Shown here in pieces: positions 36,507-47,295 of a stretch of DNA of 64,000 bases; within the stretch, counting starts at the first letter, position 1; each line of letters opens with the position of its first letter. The DNA is taken from positions 67,462 to 131,461 of the forward strand of contig JBBFKW010000003.1 in the NCBI GenBank assembly GCA_037481835.1, in the 5' to 3' direction. The position numbers and the translations under genes are program-made. The notes under the pieces are model-generated. The model was not told where the DNA came from and made no database searches. It worked only from the letters and a program-made list of their open reading frames with translations. This DNA comes from Desulfosoma sp. (GTDB taxonomy: Bacteria; Desulfobacterota; Syntrophobacteria; Syntrophobacterales; DSM-9756).

Positions 36507-37375
36507 TAGGCTTTATCTCTCCGCAGGAATACTTTCGACTCCACGGCGGGCGCCCTCGAAAACACCTGGGGCAACACTTTCTCACACAACCCAAGACGGC
36601 GGAAAAGATCGTCCAAGCGGCGACCCTCGCCCCGGACGACGTCGTCGTGGAAGTGGGGCCGGGCCTGGGCATGCTCACGGCCTTTCTCCTGGAGGCGTGT
36701 GCTGCGGTGCACCTGGTGGAAATCGATCCCCAATTGGCCGATTTCCTTCAAGAGGCGGTGAGCGGCCGTGGCGGGACCGTGCGTGTGCACCGGCAGGACA
36801 TCCTTGAGTTCGACTGGGACGGCGCGGCCCGCGAAGCCGGTCGCCGACTCGTCGTCGTGGGAAACCTCCCGTACCAGATCAGTTCGCCGCTCCTGTTCCG
36901 AATCCTTGAAAACCGACACGCAATCCACCACGGCGTTTTCATGGTCCAAAGGGAAGTGGGCCGCCGGTTCGCCGCCGAACCGGGGTCGGGCGACTACGGG
37001 GTCCTCTCGGTGCTCCTTCGCCTCTATGGGACGGTGCGACCCGTTTTGTCCGTGGGCCCGGGCCAGTTCTATCCGCCGCCCAAGGTGGATTCCCTGGTTG
37101 TGCGAGTGGATTTCCCTGAAGAGCGCAGCGATGTGGAAGGCGTGGATTTCCAGTGGATCCGCCAAGTGGTGAATGCGGCGTTTCAAAAGAGGCGAAAGAC
37201 CGTGGCCAATTCCCTGACCGGGTTCCACGGCCTCGGTGCCGCCGGGGTGAAGGCCGTTCTTCACGCGGCGGGCATCGATCCCACCCTGAGGCCGGAAGCC
37301 TTAGGCCCCGAAGCTTTTGCGTCTTTGGCCCGGACCCTTAAGACAACAATTTCTTCGTCCCATAAAGCGGTGTGA
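36503..37375 (+). CDS. rsmA: 16S rRNA adenine dimethyltransferase
   Basis: KHLGQHFL, EVGPGLG, GNLPYQISSP, PPPKVDS, QKRRKT; ATGA overlap with tsaD. Confidence 0.95.
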   Translation: MIGFISPQEYFRLHGGRPRKHLGQHFLTQPKTAEKIVQAATLAPDDVVVEVGPGLGMLTAFLLEACAAVHLVEIDPQLADFLQEAVSGRGGTVRVHRQDILEFDWDGAAREAGRRLVVVGNLPYQISSPLLFRILENRHAIHHGVFMVQREVGRRFAAEPGSGDYGVLSVLLRLYGTVRPVLSVGPGQFYPPPKVDSLVVRVDFPEERSDVEGVDFQWIRQVVNAAFQKRRKTVANSLTGFHGLGAAGVKAVLHAAGIDPTLRPEALGPEAFASLARTLKTTISSSHKAV

Positions 37376-37385
37376 GGTTCGTCCA

Positions 37386-37769
37386 GTGGCCGAAAAGAAA
37401 AGTGTGGACAAAGTGGACGTGACTCTCCTCGATGACGATTGTCCGGCTCCGCCGGTCCCGGACGGTGTCCTCATCAACGAGATTCAATTGCTGCTGGCGG
37501 AAAAACGCACCTACTTGGCCTTTCTGCGGACGGGCATCGCCATTCTCGCCTTGCCCTTGAGCCTTATCAGTTTTCTTATTGCCACGTCGCAGCATTATCG
37601 GGTGATCCAGGTCTGGCCTTTGTTGGCGCCCTTGCTGGGTGCGTGCGTGGCCTTGGCGGTCTTTGGGATCCTGATGATTCGGTCGGCGGTGCAGAAAATT
37701 CGACATGCGGAAAACCTCATCCGGAAACTCAAGCAAAAAAGCTCCGTCATCGCCGAATTCATCCAATAG
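37386..37769 (+). CDS. DUF202 (YidH-like) membrane protein
   Basis: LAEKRTYLAFLRTG followed by TM segments; GTG start assumed. Confidence 0.7.
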   Translation: MAEKKSVDKVDVTLLDDDCPAPPVPDGVLINEIQLLLAEKRTYLAFLRTGIAILALPLSLISFLIATSQHYRVIQVWPLLAPLLGACVALAVFGILMIRSAVQKIRHAENLIRKLKQKSSVIAEFIQ

Positions 37770-37830
37770 GAACGGAAAACCTCCGCGCGCCACGCTCCCC
37801 ATTGACATTGACCTCCGAGCTTGATAGGGA

Positions 37831-37972
37831 AGCTGCGCATCCTTGGGGGATGCGGGCACACGCCGCTTGGATCCGAGAAGGACCGAGACGGACAGGGCTG
37901 CCGAAGGGCTGAGTTGTGCGGGAGATGGGTTGTTCGGGGGCCTTCTGGACAGCGGTCTTGGAGGCTTTTTTT
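37831..37972 (+). promoter_or_regulatory. Structured 5' leader of panC ending in an intrinsic terminator (pan-motif-like attenuator)
   Basis: Possible -35 TTGACA at 37802; hairpin CGCATCC/GGATGCG; GAG repeats; terminator GCCTTC..GGAGGC + T7 at 37940-37972, 34 nt before the panC ATG. Confidence 0.6.
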
Positions 37973-38006
37973 ATGAACACCCGGCAGGCGCAGGAAAGGA
38001 GAAGCC

Positions 38007-38852
38007 ATGCGCGTCATCGACACCGTCGCCGAGATGCAGCAGCAGGCCAATCAGTGGCGTCGGGAAGGGCTCGTCATTGGGTTCGTCCCGACCATGGGCT
38101 ACCTCCACGAAGGCCACCTGGAACTCATGCGGTGCGCCAAAGGCAAGAGCGATCGCGTGGTGGTGAGCATCTTCGTCAACCCCACCCAGTTCGCTCCGGG
38201 CGAAGATTTCGAACGATACCCCCGGGACCTGGACCGGGACATGGGGCTCATGGGCTCCGTGGGCGTGGATGCCGTCTTCGCCCCGGCGGTGGCGGACATG
38301 TACCCCGAAGGGTATCAGACTTACGTGGAGGTCTGTGAGGTCACGCGACCGCTGTGCGGCGCGAAGAGGCCCGGGCATTTTCGAGGGGTGACCACGGTGG
38401 TCGCCAAGCTCTTTCACATCGTCAAACCCCATGTGGCGGTTTTCGGGGAAAAGGACTATCAGCAGCTTTTGACCATTCGACGCATGGTCCGGGATTTGGC
38501 CATGGACGTGGACATCGTCGGGCATCCCATTGTGCGGGAACCCGACGGGTTGGCCATGAGCAGTCGCAATGTGTACCTCTCCGAGGAAGAACGTCGCGAG
38601 GCGCTTCTTTTGTCCCAGGCCCTGTCGGAGGCGTCCCGGCTCGTCGATGCCGGCGAGCGCACCGCCGCCGCCCTGGTCTCGGCGGCTCAAAGGGTCTTGG
38701 AACGGGGATCTCGAGTGCGCATCGAATATGCGGAACTGAGAGACGCCGAAACACTTCAGGAAATGGACACATTGGATCGGCCGGGCGTTTTGGCCCTCGC
38801 CGCCTATGTGGGCAAAGCGCGACTGATCGACAACGCCGTGCTTCGGCCTTAG
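38007..38852 (+). CDS. panC: Pantoate--beta-alanine ligase
   Basis: VPTMGYLHEGH, SIFVNPTQF, RPGHFRGV, FGEKDYQQ, GLAMSSRN, RLIDN. Confidence 0.97.
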   Translation: MRVIDTVAEMQQQANQWRREGLVIGFVPTMGYLHEGHLELMRCAKGKSDRVVVSIFVNPTQFAPGEDFERYPRDLDRDMGLMGSVGVDAVFAPAVADMYPEGYQTYVEVCEVTRPLCGAKRPGHFRGVTTVVAKLFHIVKPHVAVFGEKDYQQLLTIRRMVRDLAMDVDIVGHPIVREPDGLAMSSRNVYLSEEERREALLLSQALSEASRLVDAGERTAAALVSAAQRVLERGSRVRIEYAELRDAETLQEMDTLDRPGVLALAAYVGKARLIDNAVLRP

Positions 38853-38885
38853 GGCGCCGAAGCCGTGTTCCGGGGAGGACGAACC

Positions 38886-39263
38886 ATGCGACGGACCATG
38901 ATGAAATCCAAACTGCATCGAGCCCGCGTCACCGACGCTCATTTGGACTACGAAGGGAGCCTCACCATCGACGCCCAGCTCATGGAGCTGGCCGATATTT
39001 TGCCCTACGAACAGGTGAGGGTGTATAACGTGAGCACCGGCGCGCGCTTCGAAACCTACGCCATTGAAGGGCCTGCGGGCCGCGGCGATATCTGCCTCAA
39101 CGGGGCGGCGGCCCGCATGGGGGCGCCCGGAGATCTGATCATTATCGTCACGTATGCCGATTATGAAGAAGAAGAGGCGAGGCGGCACAGCCCTCGGGTG
39201 GTGCTCCTGGATGCAGCGAACAAGCCCAAGAAACCGGAGCTGGTGCAGAATTGTCAGTCCTGA
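38886..39263 (+). CDS. panD: Aspartate 1-decarboxylase
   Basis: [30 protein letters not shown]. Confidence 0.97.
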   Translation: MRRTMMKSKLHRARVTDAHLDYEGSLTIDAQLMELADILPYEQVRVYNVSTGARFETYAIEGPAGRGDICLNGAAARMGAPGDLIIIVTYADYEEEEARRHSPRVVLLDAANKPKKPELVQNCQS

Positions 39264-39958
39264 AAAATTTGAGACATCGAATTCGGGGCTATTTCATAAC
39301 GGGACTGCTCACCGTGGTCCCGCTTTCTTTTACGGTCTACGTGATCAGCATCATCCTGAAGAACTCCGACAGGATCTTCAATCTCCTGCCGGAACCGTAC
39401 AACCCCAAGCGATTGATTCCCTTTCCCATCCCGGGGTTGGGAATCGTGGTGGTCGTCCTTCTGGTTTTCGTCATCGGGGTGCTCGTCAAAAACTACGTGG
39501 GAAGCCGCATTGTCGAGTTTGGAGAGCGGATCGTTTACCAAATTCCTCTGGTGCGCCCCATCTATTCGGCGGTCAAGCAGCTCCTGGTGGCCATCTTCAG
39601 CCAGACGGGCGAAGGGTTCGAACGGGTGGTCTTGATAGAGTATCCTCGAAAGGGGATCTATGCGTTGGGATTCGTGACGGGGGTTTCTCGAGGTGAGGTC
39701 CAGGAGATGACGGAACAAAGGGTGCTGAACGTGTTCCTGCCCACCACGCCCAACCCCACGTCGGGCTTTTATCTCCTGGTCCCTGACACGGACATCATTC
39801 CCTTAAAAATTTCGGTGGAAGACGCTTTCAAACTCATCATCTCTGGAGGGCTCGTGAGTTCCCAGGAGGGGCTCGCGTGGAACGGAAACGCGCGGCGCTC
39901 GACCCCACCAGGCGAGACGCCCGCACTCATCACCGTCGACGAACGGAAGGGAGACTGA
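39251..39958 (+). CDS. DUF502 membrane protein
   Basis: Two TM segments, [31 protein letters not shown]. Confidence 0.9.
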   Translation: MSVLKNLRHRIRGYFITGLLTVVPLSFTVYVISIILKNSDRIFNLLPEPYNPKRLIPFPIPGLGIVVVVLLVFVIGVLVKNYVGSRIVEFGERIVYQIPLVRPIYSAVKQLLVAIFSQTGEGFERVVLIEYPRKGIYALGFVTGVSRGEVQEMTEQRVLNVFLPTTPNPTSGFYLLVPDTDIIPLKISVEDAFKLIISGGLVSSQEGLAWNGNARRSTPPGETPALITVDERKGD

Positions 39959-39960
39959 CC

Positions 39961-42457
<2,497 letters not shown>

Positions 42458-42575
42458 GAGCCTGTCCGAGAATGGCATCTTCCTGGGAGCGCGGGCGTCT
42501 CGCCCGCTTCTCGTGCGGGCCGGAGGCCCGCGCTCCCAGGAGAAGAGGCCTTCGGGTTCGTTCTCAGATAGCCTC
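42458..42575. mobile_element. 118-bp MITE, family B copy 2, inserted at the ahcY stop codon
   Basis: CTAG at 42454-42457 and 42576-42579 flanks TIRs GAGCCTGTCCGAGAA / TTCTCAGATAGCCTC. Confidence 0.9.
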
Positions 42576-42601
42576 CTAGCCGGAAGAAGGTATTCAAAGC
42601 C

Positions 42602-43855
42602 TTGAGCGCGGCACCCGCACAAAACGCGACCCGTCGGTTGGAAAACGCCTTCGGCAAGGGCCTCATCGGGGTTTTGGCCGCCGTCCTCCTTTTTGGAGGA
42701 TGCGGCCTTCTAAAGCCTCGGCCCAAGCCGCCGGAGCGGTTCGTGAAGGTTTCCCCGGGCCAGATCCCTCGGGGGGCGGACGATTTGGGGGGCGAGGGGT
42801 TGGAAAAGGCTTTGGAGCAGTCCCTGGTGTACCTGGATCGCGTGCGCGATTTTCGTCCCGTGGAATTAAACGAGCGCTCGGTCGATAAGGAACTCGTCCG
42901 AGCGACCCTGCTCCATTTTCTCCATCGGCTGCGGGCGAACCGGCTGGATGCGCGCACCTTGGCCGAAGAATTCGACTGGTACACACCGAAGGTTCAGGCG
43001 GGGGAGGGGTCGCCCATGCTGGTGACGGGCTACTATGAGCCCATCCTTTCGGCGCGCCGCAACCCGGACGATCAGTACCGGTACCCCCTCTACGAGCCGC
43101 CCCCGGATCTGGTCCGGGTGGCCTTGGAACGCTTTCCCGCCGTCAAACTGGATCCCGGCGGGGTGCGCACGATCGTGGGGCGCGTGGAAGGCCGGCTGCT
43201 CGTTCCTTACTATTCCCGGCAAGAAATCGACGGCGGCGGTGCCCTTGCCGGAAAAGCTTCGGCGCTGGCCTGGCTGGACAATGCCTTCGATGCTTTCGTG
43301 CTGCACGTTCAAGGTTCCGGGATCTTGGAGTTTGAAGACGGGACCCGGCGGCGCGTCGGCTATGCAGCTTCCAACGGCCATCCTTATGTCAGTGTGGGGA
43401 AAATCCTCATCGAAGAGGGTGTGATTCCCAGGGAAGAGATGTCCTTGCAGAGCCTTCGGCGCTACTTTGCGGACCACCCGGAGAGGACACCCGACCTTTT
43501 GGGGCGAAACCCGAGCTACATCTTTTTCCGATGGGTGGAAGAAGGCCCGGTGGGGAGCTTGAATGTCCCTCTGACGCCGGGTCGTTCCGTGGCCTTGGAC
43601 GCCGAAGTCTACCCGAAAGGGATCGTGGGGTTTCTCGAAGCGGCACTTCCGGACCCGGGATCCGCGGCACCCGGGGCGACGAAGCCCATGTCCCGGTGGG
43701 TGGTCCATCAGGACAGTGGGGGGGCCATCCGCGGCCCGCACCGGTTGGATCTGTTCTGCGGCACGGGGCTGGAGGCCGAGCAGGTGGCGGGACGACTGAA
43801 GTCGCCCGGCCGTTTTTACATCGTGCTGAAAAAGGACACCCGGCCTTCAAACTAG
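42602..43855 (+). CDS. mltA: Membrane-bound lytic murein transglycosylase A (MltA/3D domain)
   Basis: Lipobox FGGC, TGYYEP, LHVQGSG, NPSYIFF, RSVALD, QDSGGAIRG, RLDLFCG. Exact start uncertain. Confidence 0.9.
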   Translation: MSAAPAQNATRRLENAFGKGLIGVLAAVLLFGGCGLLKPRPKPPERFVKVSPGQIPRGADDLGGEGLEKALEQSLVYLDRVRDFRPVELNERSVDKELVRATLLHFLHRLRANRLDARTLAEEFDWYTPKVQAGEGSPMLVTGYYEPILSARRNPDDQYRYPLYEPPPDLVRVALERFPAVKLDPGGVRTIVGRVEGRLLVPYYSRQEIDGGGALAGKASALAWLDNAFDAFVLHVQGSGILEFEDGTRRRVGYAASNGHPYVSVGKILIEEGVIPREEMSLQSLRRYFADHPERTPDLLGRNPSYIFFRWVEEGPVGSLNVPLTPGRSVALDAEVYPKGIVGFLEAALPDPGSAAPGATKPMSRWVVHQDSGGAIRGPHRLDLFCGTGLEAEQVAGRLKSPGRFYIVLKKDTRPSN

Positions 43856-43954
43856 GAGCTTGTCCGAGAATGCCGATTTTGGTGCTTTATGGCATCCTAA
43901 CTATCTGAATTTACGTTGCTCAGATCGGCAAGAATCGAGTTCTCGGACAGCCTC
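43856..43954. mobile_element. 99-bp MITE with family B TIRs but a different interior
   Basis: CTAG 43852-43855 and 43955-43958; TIRs GAGCTTGTCCGAGAA / TTCTCGGACAGCCTC. Confidence 0.88.
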
Positions 43955-44266
43955 CTAGGGCGACGGGGCGTTATGGTCCACGAGCTTATGAAACAGGAGC
44001 ACCATTTCATCGAAGCTCCGGCACATGGCCCTGGCCGCCTCCACGGCGTCGGTTTCGGGAGGAGCCTGCGCGAAAAGACTTTGGAACAAAACGTGCTGGG
44101 CGGCGCGGAATCGGTCCGTCGCCCTTTCGCACAGGGCCAGAAGATGGCGCAGCAGATCATCGGAGCTCACGTCCCGGGCCAGTGCGTCCAGTTCGCGGCG
44201 CTTGGCGTCGTAGTCTTTGGCCAGGGAGACGAGCTCTTCCAAGGCGGTCGTTTGATTCTCGCTCAT
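43955..44266 (-). CDS. Hypothetical helical protein (103 aa)
   Basis: MSENQTTALEELV...; the stop codon lies in the duplicated CTAG. Confidence 0.65.
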   Translation of the reverse strand: MSENQTTALEELVSLAKDYDAKRRELDALARDVSSDDLLRHLLALCERATDRFRAAQHVLFQSLFAQAPPETDAVEAARAMCRSFDEMVLLFHKLVDHNAPSP

Positions 44267-44400
44267 GGGATGAACTCCGCAGGGCCGATCGCCCGAAAAA
44301 GAATGGGCGGGTGACAAAAGCGTCGGCCGTGACTAAAGTGAAGGAAATCCGGGAGAGGGCTCGGGCCCTGCCCAGAGCCCCCCGCTCAGATGGATGCGCC

Positions 44401-44430
44401 TTGCAAATTCACAGTTTTTTGGTATGTAAT
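44401..44430 (+). promoter_or_regulatory. AT-rich putative sigma70 promoter
   Basis: TTGCAA ... TATGTAAT in an unusually AT-rich patch upstream of the helicase-like gene. Confidence 0.4.
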
Positions 44431-44552
44431 TTTTTCAAATTCGACGACATCAGGGAGCCTTGGACTGCACAATGAGAAAGAACGATCCTTTGCGCTTTTC
44501 CGACCATGGCTATCGTGGTCTCCCGTACCTCTTTGAAAGCGGTGAACCTCAA

Positions 44553-46022
44553 ATGGCGGCGAAACTCCTAAAGATCCATGTGGCCGAGCACATCCGCATC
44601 CCGGCAAGTGATGTGTCGCCTCAGGTCATGCGGAAGATACAGGATCGGCTGGTTTTTACCAATCCTGAATATGAACAGCGCCATTTGCGAGGGGAATGGA
44701 TCGGGGGCATTCCGGCTCAAATCAATTGTATCCGCAAGATGGGGTCCACCTACGTGCTGCCCCGGGGGTTCCTGGACCAGCTTTTGGATCTGTGCCGGAA
44801 GTTCCAGCAGCCTTACAAGATCATCGACAACCGGCGCGTGCTGGACCCGGTTCCCATGGAATTTCACGGGCAGCTCAAGGAATATCAGCTCCAGGCGGCG
44901 GAAGAAATCCTGGAACGGGATGCCGCGACCCTGCTGGGGGGCTACAAGAGCGGCAAGACGGTCATCGCCCTCTACGTCATCGCCCAGCGCAAACAGCCGA
45001 CGCTCGTCCTCATTCCCCGCATGGACCTCCTGGAAGGATGGCTCACCAAGATCGTCAATTTCCTCCAAATTCCTCTGGAGGAAATCGGCTTGTTCGTCCA
45101 GGGGCTCCACAAGCTGGGTGAAAGGATCACGGTGGCCCACACCGCCGAAATGATGAAGGTGTGGAAGAAGGTCAAGGAAAGGGTGGGCTTCGTCGTTCTT
45201 GACGAATGCCAGAGAAGCCCCGCCAAGGTTCTCAATCAGCTCATCCCCAATTTCGACAGCCGGTACCTGCTGGGGCTGTGCAACGCCACGCAGCGCTACG
45301 ATCAGCTTTCGCGGTTCATCTACCTCAACATGGGGGATGTGGTCTACAGCATCAACGAACAAGACGCCCGCGAAGGGCGGGGCATTATCCGAGCCCACGT
45401 GGTGGCGCGGCACACCGAGTTCGATTATCCCTATCGGGGCCGAGACGACTACGCCGCCATGCTCCAGGCCTTGATGACCGACGAAAAGCGCACGCGCATG
45501 ATCGCCGATGACATCGCCGCGGAGCTTCAGGACTCCGATCGGCCTTTGCTGGTGGTTTCCGGGGGCGAAATTCAAAACGCCGTGCTAGAGGCCGAATTGA
45601 GCCGAAGGGGTGTTCGGGTGCATATTCCGGATTGCCGGTGGGAGGAAGCCCCCGAGGACAATTCGGAAGATGCCGATGAGCCCATGGAAGGGGCGTGCCG
45701 GTGTCTGGACGACTTCCCGGAGGGGCCCGCGGCGGTGCTGATGAGCGCGGAGGATCTCCTGCGCTGCTACCGGCACGTGAGGACGGAGGTGCTTTTCCTG
45801 GCGGTGCCGCTTTTCTTCAAGAAAGCCGTCACCCATGCCATCCGCGGGGTTTTGATGTCGGTTCCATCCAACGGCGGAAACGGCTCGGCGGCCTCGCTCA
45901 ACGGTCGGCGTGTGAAGATCTACGACTACGTGGACCAAAAGATCGGCCTTTTCGAGAATTATTTCCGCATGCGCAGCTACAATTACGGAGTCCACCCGGA
46001 CGTCCTTCTCAACAACAACTGA
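44553..46022 (+). CDS. SF2 (DEAD/DEAH, ResIII-like) helicase-family protein with degenerate motifs
   Basis: LKEYQ Q-motif, GGYKSGKT, TLVLIP, VVLDECQ, IYDYVD. Confidence 0.85.
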   Translation: MAAKLLKIHVAEHIRIPASDVSPQVMRKIQDRLVFTNPEYEQRHLRGEWIGGIPAQINCIRKMGSTYVLPRGFLDQLLDLCRKFQQPYKIIDNRRVLDPVPMEFHGQLKEYQLQAAEEILERDAATLLGGYKSGKTVIALYVIAQRKQPTLVLIPRMDLLEGWLTKIVNFLQIPLEEIGLFVQGLHKLGERITVAHTAEMMKVWKKVKERVGFVVLDECQRSPAKVLNQLIPNFDSRYLLGLCNATQRYDQLSRFIYLNMGDVVYSINEQDAREGRGIIRAHVVARHTEFDYPYRGRDDYAAMLQALMTDEKRTRMIADDIAAELQDSDRPLLVVSGGEIQNAVLEAELSRRGVRVHIPDCRWEEAPEDNSEDADEPMEGACRCLDDFPEGPAAVLMSAEDLLRCYRHVRTEVLFLAVPLFFKKAVTHAIRGVLMSVPSNGGNGSAASLNGRRVKIYDYVDQKIGLFENYFRMRSYNYGVHPDVLLNNN

Positions 46023-46139
46023 GACACGCCGGAAAAGAACGCGATGTGCGTTTCCGCGCGGCGAAAGGGGTGTTCGGCCCTTCGGGCGGCGCCCCCAGCG
46101 CGGCGGGGGGCGGCGTGCGAGCGCAATCCGAAGGAACCG

Positions 46140-46970
46140 GTGGCGGAGCGTTTATTGAAAGAGCGCCCTTTTGTGGCCTTGGCCCCTTTTCTGAGGGAAG
46201 ACCCTCGGGTGGTGACTTTGGGGGTGCGGCCCACTGTGGGGGATTACACAGCGGAAGAGCGAAGGCTCCTGCGGGAGGCGCCTTGGGTTCTTTTTCCGAC
46301 GATGCGGTTCGTCGACGTCTTGGAAGGGGGCGGCTGCCGGTGTTTTCCTTCGGCGGCCACCTACCGCTATCAGCGATGGCGCCCGTTGCAGTGGTCCTTG
46401 GGGGCTTTCTTGGACCTTCCCATGGCTCGATCCCGAGTGTGCTACGGAGAAAAGGCCAAACGTGAAATCCCCCGGATGTTTCGGCCGCCTTTCCGAGTCC
46501 TGGGACCGCGGGTCGGCAGGGATCCGGTCGTTTGTGTAGATTCCTGGGCAGATTGGGACGACGCGGCGCGACGGGCAAACCCCGTGATCGTCACCGAGTG
46601 GGTGGATTTTCGGTGGCGCCACGAGGTGTGGGTGGCGTGCGGCACGGTCATGGCTTGGAGGAGTGTGCCGTGGGACGGCGTGTGCGACGGCGGGGAAATC
46701 CCGTGGGTTCGGGGTCTTCCCCATGCCGAGATCCGGCACGTGGCTGAGAGAAGCCTTTGGGTGTGCCGCCGCGCCGGCATCGACGACGGGGTGCTGTGTT
46801 GGGGAGCCCGGGACGGGTCGGCGGCGTTTTTCTTTGAGGGCATAAAACGCCCTCCGCCGATGCTGACAAATGGCGGGACTCGAAGCACGAGACCCGCTCT
46901 GATCTTTTCCGCCTTGGTGGAGAGGATGGATCTGATGCGCGATCATGAAGAGAGAGGAAAGCAGCCATGA
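46140..46970 (+). CDS. Degenerate RimK-like ATP-grasp protein
   Basis: VTLGVRP..GDY, FPSAATY, RSRVCYG resemble the N-terminus of RimK-like proteins I recall from Desulfobacterota; GTG start with AAGGA SD assumed. Confidence 0.55.
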   Translation: MAERLLKERPFVALAPFLREDPRVVTLGVRPTVGDYTAEERRLLREAPWVLFPTMRFVDVLEGGGCRCFPSAATYRYQRWRPLQWSLGAFLDLPMARSRVCYGEKAKREIPRMFRPPFRVLGPRVGRDPVVCVDSWADWDDAARRANPVIVTEWVDFRWRHEVWVACGTVMAWRSVPWDGVCDGGEIPWVRGLPHAEIRHVAERSLWVCRRAGIDDGVLCWGARDGSAAFFFEGIKRPPPMLTNGGTRSTRPALIFSALVERMDLMRDHEERGKQP

Positions 46971-47170
46971 TGGATGAATGGGAAAAGGAATACGAAAAAT
47001 CGGCGCAGATGGCCCAGCGCCATTTTCGAAAGGATGTTTCCGGGTTTCGAGAACGAAGGCGGTTGGAACTGGAAGACCTTCTCAAAACCGAACAGGAAAA
47101 GCCCGAGGACCTGAGGGACGAAGAAAAGATCCGATGGATCCTCGAAGAATTGAGCACCGCCGGTGATTAG
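46967..47170 (+). CDS. Small charged hypothetical protein (67 aa)
   Basis: ATGA overlap with the upstream gene, SD GAGG. Confidence 0.6.
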   Translation: MMDEWEKEYEKSAQMAQRHFRKDVSGFRERRRLELEDLLKTEQEKPEDLRDEEKIRWILEELSTAGD

Positions 47171-47295
47171 CTTCCAAAGCCGGGTCGACGTCCTCGAGCG
47201 GATGTCGACCCGGCCGCTCTTCACGCCCACGGCCTTTAAGACTTTCCGGCTCCAACAACATACCGTGCTCCACGTTTCGCCAGAGGTCGAACACT

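Noticed and set aside
37831-37972. SAM-I or SAH riboswitch for metK/ahcY
   Set aside because: No AUC...GAU P1 with the GCAAC/GUGC core and no SAH consensus is visible; the leader sits before panC.
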